A program made the translations under genes and the position numbers. The notes beneath the pieces were generated by a model, which was not told where the DNA came from, searched no databases, and saw nothing but the letters and a program-made list of their open reading frames with translations. A stretch of DNA of 36,610 nt from an uncultured Muribaculaceae bacterium (lineage in GTDB: Bacteria; Bacillota_I; Bacilli_A; RF39; UBA660), in the NCBI GenBank assembly GCA_964637865.1, contig CAZWXX010000001.1, positions 1-36,610 of the forward strand. Reading direction: 5' to 3'. Position 1 is the stretch's first letter; each line of letters starts with the position of its first letter. This document shows positions 31,521-36,610 of the stretch, piece by piece.

Positions 31521-32258
31521 ATGATTAAGATTAAAAATGTTTCGATGAAGTTTAATTTAGGTATTGAGAAGAATAATTCGTTTAAAGAAACTTTCATTCG
31601 TTTTTTTCAATTTAAAAAAAAGGATAAGCCTGAGGATTTTTGGGCACTTAATGATCTTACTTTTAGTGTGAAAAAAGGAGAAGTTATTGGTTTGGTTGGA
31701 AGCAATGGGGCTGGAAAAAGTACATTATTAAAAGTAGTTAGTGGTGTTATGAAACCTACAAAAGGAAAAGTGGAAGTTCATGGAGTGATATCTCCTATGA
31801 TTGAATTGGGAGCAGGATTTGATGCTGATTTAACTGCACGGGAAAATATTTATTTAAATGGAGCAGTACTTGGCTATTCAAAAAGTTTTTTGGATTCTAA
31901 GTTTGATGAGATTGTTGAATTCTCAGAATTACAAGATTTTTTAGATGTACCGATTAAGAATTTCTCATCTGGTATGACTGCAAAACTTGCTTTTTCTATT
32001 GCAACTATTGTAGATCCTGAGATTTTGATTGTGGATGAAATTTTGTCTGTAGGGGATATTAAATTTCAAGAAAAAAGTCGTCAGAAGATGATGGAATTAA
32101 TAAAAGGTGGAACTACAGTTCTTTATGTTTCTCATTCATTGCCATCTATTCGTGAATTATGTACTAAAGTTATTTGGATAGAACATGGTAAAATGGTAAA
32201 AATGGGAGATGTTAATGAAGTTTGCGATGAATATTATAAAGCGCAAATGGGGTCGTAA
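31521..32258 (+). CDS. ABC transporter ATP-binding protein (TagH/Wzt-like, short form without C-terminal carbohydrate-binding domain)
   Basis: Walker A GSNGAGKST, signature FSSGMTAKLAF, Walker B ILIVDE, H-loop VSHS. Confidence 0.92.
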   Translation: MIKIKNVSMKFNLGIEKNNSFKETFIRFFQFKKKDKPEDFWALNDLTFSVKKGEVIGLVGSNGAGKSTLLKVVSGVMKPTKGKVEVHGVISPMIELGAGFDADLTARENIYLNGAVLGYSKSFLDSKFDEIVEFSELQDFLDVPIKNFSSGMTAKLAFSIATIVDPEILIVDEILSVGDIKFQEKSRQKMMELIKGGTTVLYVSHSLPSIRELCTKVIWIEHGKMVKMGDVNEVCDEYYKAQMGS

Positions 32259-32267
32259 GGAGGTTCT

Positions 32268-34076
32268 ATGAAGAAATATATTCATTATTGTTGGTTTGGA
32301 GATAAACCATTTCCTAAATTAGCACAAAAGTGTTTAGAAAGTTGGCAGAAATATTTGCCCGATTTTGAGATTATGAAATGGTCTGAAGAAAATTTAGATT
32401 TAGAGGAATGTCCTTTTGTTAAAGGTGCTTATGAAAATAAAAAATGGGCATTTGTTGCAGATTATGCAAGGGCGAAGGCTTTAAAAGAATATGGAGGTAT
32501 TTATTTTGATACAGATATGGAAGTTTTGAAGCCAATTGATTATTTATTTGATCATGAAACATTTTTGGGAATTGAAGAAAGTGGTTATGTTGCTGTTGGA
32601 GTTTGGTATGAACAAAATACTAATGCATTTTTGCCGACAAAATTACTAGAAATTTATCGAAAATTTGAATCTTTTGATGTTGATAATATGACTAGTTTAT
32701 CTATTCCAATTTTGATTAGTGAAATTTTAAAACCATTAGATTTGCAATATGGTTTAAATAAAGCTCAAGTTTTAGATCATGATATTGCTATTTATCCACG
32801 TGATTATTTTTATCCATATTCTTATAATCGAGATAATAATTTGTTTACCGATAATACTTGTATGATTCATTATTATGATGCCAGTTGGCTTCCTTTAAAA
32901 AGTAGAGTAGAGTCTCAATTAGTACGTAGTTTGGGTAAAAAATGGGCTTATCGTATTATTAACTGTTATCGTCGATTGCATTTGCTTATGATTAAAATTG
33001 CTAAGGTTGTATTATTTCCATATGTTATTTATCGTCGCTATAAACGTTCACAAGAAAATATTACTGATTCTTATTTAGATAGACTTAGTAATACAATTTC
33101 ATCTATTTCACAAGTGCAGGGGGATTATATTACAATTTATAATTCATATTGGTATGGTGTTACTAGTGCTACTAAAGAATTATTCTCTAATTTAGTTGAT
33201 TGTGGTGAAATCTATCGTAAGAAAGATTGTGTTGCCATTGGAAATGCTATTTTAAATTCTGGAGTGAAACAGGTTGTTTTTAGTGCTTTTGCTGATGGTT
33301 GGAAGGATCTTATTATTTATATTAAGAAAAAGGACGCTTCCATTAAGATAAAAACATTTTGGCATGGAAATCATTCTCAGGTTTTAGATACATATGGTTG
33401 GAATCGTAATTTGGAAATTATTGATTTACATCAGAAAAAATATGTGGATGTTATGGGAACTTGTAAGAAGAGTTTAATAGAATTTTATCAAAATCAAGGT
33501 TATACTTCTAAATTTATTACTAATAAAGTGAATACTAAAACTTTTGTATCAAAAAAGAAAAAAAGGAAAGATGATAAAATTCGAATTGGGTTGTATGCTG
33601 CTAAATGTGATGATTGGCGCAAGAATATGTATTCTCAAATGGCTGCTGTTTCTTTAATTCCAAATGCTGAAATTGATATGGTTCCACTAAATGACGCTGC
33701 TAAAAGTTTTGCAGAACGTTTTCATATTCAGTTGGTAGGAGTGGAAAAGTCTTTACCAAGAGAACAATTGTTAGAGAGAATGTCTCAGAATGATGTGACT
33801 ATGTATGTTACTTTTTCTGAATGTGCCCCTATGTTGCCTTTAGAAAGTTTTGAAGTAGGTGTACCTTGTATTCTTGGCAATAATCAGCATTATTTTGTCT
33901 CAGATAAACTTGAAAATGAGATTATAGTAAAAAATGAGGATGATGTTTTAGAAATAAAAGAAAAAGTGGAAAATTGTATAAAAAATAAAGATAAAATTTT
34001 AAAAATGTATGAAAGTTTTAAGAAAAAAAATAATGAAAATGCAAAGAAAGATGTAGAAGATTTTCTTCGTATGTGA
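32268..34076 (+). CDS. Bifunctional glycosyltransferase: N-terminal GT32-type DXD domain (Gly_transf_sug) plus C-terminal GT4-like domain
   Basis: N-terminus: IHYCWFGDKPFP, AFVADYARAKAL, GGIYFDTDMEV (DXD). C-terminus: FSECAPMLPLESFEVGVPCILGNN with an intact EX7E. Confidence 0.75.
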   Translation: MKKYIHYCWFGDKPFPKLAQKCLESWQKYLPDFEIMKWSEENLDLEECPFVKGAYENKKWAFVADYARAKALKEYGGIYFDTDMEVLKPIDYLFDHETFLGIEESGYVAVGVWYEQNTNAFLPTKLLEIYRKFESFDVDNMTSLSIPILISEILKPLDLQYGLNKAQVLDHDIAIYPRDYFYPYSYNRDNNLFTDNTCMIHYYDASWLPLKSRVESQLVRSLGKKWAYRIINCYRRLHLLMIKIAKVVLFPYVIYRRYKRSQENITDSYLDRLSNTISSISQVQGDYITIYNSYWYGVTSATKELFSNLVDCGEIYRKKDCVAIGNAILNSGVKQVVFSAFADGWKDLIIYIKKKDASIKIKTFWHGNHSQVLDTYGWNRNLEIIDLHQKKYVDVMGTCKKSLIEFYQNQGYTSKFITNKVNTKTFVSKKKKRKDDKIRIGLYAAKCDDWRKNMYSQMAAVSLIPNAEIDMVPLNDAAKSFAERFHIQLVGVEKSLPREQLLERMSQNDVTMYVTFSECAPMLPLESFEVGVPCILGNNQHYFVSDKLENEIIVKNEDDVLEIKEKVENCIKNKDKILKMYESFKKKNNENAKKDVEDFLRM

Positions 34077-34086
34077 GGTGTTTTTT

Positions 34087-36108
34087 ATGATAGATAAAAC
34101 AAGTGATATTATTTATAATTTGGATTATGTTGTATGTTTACCTGCATATGATCAATCTTTATTGGAATCATTTATTTTTACTTTCCAACATGTGATGATG
34201 ATTGAAAATAATGAAAATGATATTCAAAGTACTATTCAATTTTTTAAGAAGAATAATATTAAAAAAGTTATATTTGTAGATTATTATTTAGAATATCAGG
34301 TTATTCTTAATGGAATTGGTCAAATTGACGTTGCCTTTATTTTTACTCGTTCGTTAGCAAGTTTAAGTGATTATATGTTTAAACTTGCATTTGAGGGTAT
34401 TTTTAACATATGTGAGACTCGAAAAGTTGGAAAAATTGGTGTTTTGAATCATGGGTTATATGAAGTTTTAAAAAATCAGAAGTTTCCTGTTTATGAAATA
34501 GCTTTAGATGTAGCAAAATTGGAGTGTTCAGATACCTTTGATAAGACAGTTGGACTTTTAAATAATCAAAATGATACATTACATAGTTTTTATAATGAAT
34601 TGAGTGCACTAAAACTAAATGGTAATTTTTCTGCTAAGTTGTTGGAGCCTAATCAAATTACAGAAAAGTTTGTTAAAACATTTGAAATTCCTGTAGAAGA
34701 AGTATTTGATCTTGAGAATCTTATTTTAGAAAATTCTCTTAATTTAATGGTTAATTTTACTAATAATGATATTTCTTTATTTCTAAAAAGTATGGATGCC
34801 GGTATTCCTTGTATTGTTGGTAATAATGATTTTCTTGTTCAATATCCTGTTCTTCAAAAATCACTGATGGTAGAAAGTGATGATGATATTAATGAGATTG
34901 CACAAAAAATGGATTTTGTTTTGGAAAATAAAGATGAAATAATGAAAGAATATAAGAAATTTCGTTATGAATATCAAAATATTTCTAGGCAAAGTGTTAT
35001 TGATTTTTTAGGTTATGAACCAGAATGCTCTAGTTTAGTGTCAAGCGATTTATTATTATCAGTTGTGGTGCCAGTTTACAATGTAGAAGATTATATAGAA
35101 GAGTGTTTAAATTCTATTATTAAAGCTAGAATTCCAAGTATGGAAATTTTAGTGATTAATGATGGATCAACTGATTCTAGTGAAGAGAAAATTTCTCCAT
35201 TTGTAGAACAGTATCCAGATTTAATTCGATATATTAAACAAGAAAATCATGGTCTTGGAAATGTTAGAAACGTCGGTATGCATCATGCAAAAGGAAAGTA
35301 TATTGCTTCTATTGACTCTGATGATACAGTCCATTCTAATTTCTTTAAAGAGGCGTTGCCTTATCTAGAAAGTGATATTGATGTTGTATTTTGTGATTGG
35401 TTATCTATTCCAGAAAATGGAGATTCTTTTGAAACGGCAGCAATTGATTTAAATCTAAAGAATTTGAATAGGTATCAAAACTTTCTTTATACTACGATTA
35501 TGCCATCTACTTGTAATAAAATTTTTAAGAAGCAGTTATATTCTGATATTGACTTGAAGTTTGTAGAAGGATTGAAATTTGAAGATTTAGGAACTAATCC
35601 AGTTATATTATTACGCGCGCAGACGTTTAAATATATCAATAAACCATATTATGAATACAAAATTCGTGGTAATTCTATTATGAGAAGTGGTGTTGGCTAT
35701 CATATGATGGATATTATTCAGTTGCTTAATGATCGAATTCATAAAAATATTTCTAAATTTTCAGTAGATTTAGATGAATTTTATTTTTATACTTATTATT
35801 GGCGAGTTGAAGAAAGCGTTATCAATTTGCTTTATGATTTAACTAGTAAAGAAATTGATGATTTTGTTGAATATATGGAAAAGTCCATTGGTGGAATATT
35901 GGATTCTTTATTTGATAATCCTTTTGTTATTAAATTTTTTAAAACACTATCTAAAGATGAGCAGCGGTTTTATAAAATGAGAAACGAAGCATGGAAAAAA
36001 CGTAAATTTGCTAGCTTTATTAAGAAATGTTTAAAAGATGATAGTTTTTATAAACTAACTGCAGTTAAAATTTTGTATTCTATGGATGATAGTAGGTTAT
36101 TTAAATAA
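34087..36108 (+). CDS. Bifunctional glycosyltransferase: N-terminal GT4-like (apparently degenerate) domain plus C-terminal GT2 domain
   Basis: The N-terminal domain is paralogous to the C-terminal domain of the preceding protein (NNDISLFLKSMDAGIPCIVGNN) but lacks both Glu of EX7E. C-terminus: LSVVVPVYNVEDYIEECL, NDGSTDSS, IDSDD. ATG 34087 follows the RBS TGAGGTG. Confidence 0.75.
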   Translation: MIDKTSDIIYNLDYVVCLPAYDQSLLESFIFTFQHVMMIENNENDIQSTIQFFKKNNIKKVIFVDYYLEYQVILNGIGQIDVAFIFTRSLASLSDYMFKLAFEGIFNICETRKVGKIGVLNHGLYEVLKNQKFPVYEIALDVAKLECSDTFDKTVGLLNNQNDTLHSFYNELSALKLNGNFSAKLLEPNQITEKFVKTFEIPVEEVFDLENLILENSLNLMVNFTNNDISLFLKSMDAGIPCIVGNNDFLVQYPVLQKSLMVESDDDINEIAQKMDFVLENKDEIMKEYKKFRYEYQNISRQSVIDFLGYEPECSSLVSSDLLLSVVVPVYNVEDYIEECLNSIIKARIPSMEILVINDGSTDSSEEKISPFVEQYPDLIRYIKQENHGLGNVRNVGMHHAKGKYIASIDSDDTVHSNFFKEALPYLESDIDVVFCDWLSIPENGDSFETAAIDLNLKNLNRYQNFLYTTIMPSTCNKIFKKQLYSDIDLKFVEGLKFEDLGTNPVILLRAQTFKYINKPYYEYKIRGNSIMRSGVGYHMMDIIQLLNDRIHKNISKFSVDLDEFYFYTYYWRVEESVINLLYDLTSKEIDDFVEYMEKSIGGILDSLFDNPFVIKFFKTLSKDEQRFYKMRNEAWKKRKFASFIKKCLKDDSFYKLTAVKILYSMDDSRLFK

Positions 36109-36147
36109 AAGGTAATGGAGAATATTAAAGATAAAGGAGTTGAAAAT

Positions 36148-36610
36148 GTGAAAAAAAAGTTGATTTTATTTTTATTCTTTTTATTATTGTGGTTTTTTTC
36201 TTCTGATGTTTTTGCTATTCCTAATGATAATGAAGAAAATGTCTCTAATCAAGTTAAAGATTATGTAGAAACAAAACTTGTTACTATTGATGGTAAAAAA
36301 TACTTATTGGGTCCTGATGGAAAGCGGCAAGGTGGATTACAAACTATTGATGGGAAAACTTATTTCTTTAGCTGGGTAGATGGAAGTATGAAGTATGGAA
36401 TGCTTTATATTAATGATTATTTTTACTACTTTGATGAAAATGGAGTTATGCAGACGGGGCTAGTTACTTTGAATGGTGAAAAATACTTATTTGGAACAGA
36501 TGGAAAGCGGCAAGGTGGTTTGCAAACTATTGATGGGAAAACTTATTTCTTTAGTTGGGTAGATGGAAGTATGAAGTATGGAATGCTTTATATTAATGAT
36601 TATTTTTACT
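36148..36610 (+). CDS. Secreted protein with cell-wall-binding (CW_binding_1 / choline- or glucan-binding type) repeats, 3'-partial
   Basis: Not in the ORF track because it is open at the window end. RBS AAAGGAG (36133-36139) then GTG 36148. Signal peptide KKKLILFLFFLLLWFFSSDVFA. Repeats of the G.kYyF..dG.m..G type follow (IDGKTYFFSWVDGSMKYG, NDYFYYFDENGVMQTG). Confidence 0.75.
   Translation, partial: MKKKLILFLFFLLLWFFSSDVFAIPNDNEENVSNQVKDYVETKLVTIDGKKYLLGPDGKRQGGLQTIDGKTYFFSWVDGSMKYGMLYINDYFYYFDENGVMQTGLVTLNGEKYLFGTDGKRQGGLQTIDGKTYFFSWVDGSMKYGMLYINDYFY
36280..36610 (+). repeat. 183-bp (61-codon) tandem repeat, at least 1.8 copies, continuing past the window edge
   Basis: 36292-36474 aligns with 36475-36610. 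From GATGGAAAGCGGCAAGGTGG onward only a handful of substitutions are seen (ATTAC/TTTGC, GCTGG/GTTGG). Confidence 0.9.

Noticed and set aside
819-34609. Short ORFs from the track lying antisense to, or out of frame within, long confident genes: 819-1043(-), 2060-2248(-), 2559-2780(-), 6593-6790(-), 7624-7812(+), 8457-8855(+), 8916-9239(+), 9205-9432(+), 9325-9600(-), 12051-12278(-), 18732-19217(-), 20313-20495(+), 28138-28383(-), 34403-34609(-).
   Set aside because: All lie fully inside, or largely overlap, genes with strong family motifs (20313-20495 is same-strand but in another frame of the ArnC-like GT2; the rest are on the opposite strand). They have no RBS and low-complexity or Cys/Tyr/Phe-rich translations typical of AT-rich shadow frames. 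9205-9432 and 9325-9600 also run through the divergent promoter region.
1-36610. Mobile elements, prophage, integrative islands or toxin-antitoxin pairs.
   Set aside because: No transposase, integrase, recombinase, terminal inverted repeats, tRNA attachment site or recognisable TA family was seen on either strand. The only cassette-like insertion is the ATPase gene reported under findings.

Overview
AT-rich (roughly 30% G+C by eye), gene-dense window typical of a low-GC Bacillota chromosome, possibly Erysipelotrichales-like, though the taxon cannot be fixed from sequence alone. All genes but one are on the + strand. No rRNA, tRNA, CRISPR array, transposase, integrase or prophage gene was seen. 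Layout: (i) 1-2845, pflB (5'-truncated by the window edge) and pflA. (ii) 2876-5930, a promoter-led operon with a small 2-TM protein, two tandem paralogous unknown proteins, a SAM methyltransferase and an RluA-family pseudouridine synthase. (iii) 5999-7339, a membrane-anchored Pro/Met/Val/Thr-rich low-complexity protein. Convergent to it at 7409-9280 (-) is a kinase-less membrane protein with six PASTA repeats. (iv) About 9.4-36.1 kb is a ~27-kb cell-envelope glycopolymer locus split into at least four promoter-led blocks. Block A (9974-18464) holds GT2, GT2, a Wzy/O-antigen-ligase-like protein, a PhnO-like GNAT, GT4, GT2 and an AT3 acyltransferase. It is interrupted by an AAA+ ATPase/PD-(D/E)xK cassette that has its own repeat-bearing upstream region. 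Block B (18543-25355) reads as an Arn-like lipid-carrier pathway for a dTDP-derived 4-acetamido-4,6-dideoxyhexose: WecE-like transaminase, PseH-like GNAT, ArnC-like GT2, an ArnE/ArnF-like pair, RmlA, RmlB and a putative GT-C membrane protein. Block C (25425-29472) holds an SGNH hydrolase, an Alg14-like protein, an Alg13-like::GtrA-like fusion, a GtrB/CsbB-like GT2 and a NAGPA-like phosphodiester glycosidase. Block D (29560-36108) holds GT4, TagG/TagH-like ABC exporter components and two bifunctional glycosyltransferases. (v) From 36148 to the window end is a 3'-truncated secreted protein made of near-identical cell-wall-binding repeats. The most interesting candidates are Block B, the Alg13-GtrA fusion module, the ATPase-nuclease cassette with phased direct repeats, the orphan PASTA protein and the uncharacterised tandem-paralog module. 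All functional calls rest on motif recognition and recalled family knowledge; no database search was run.
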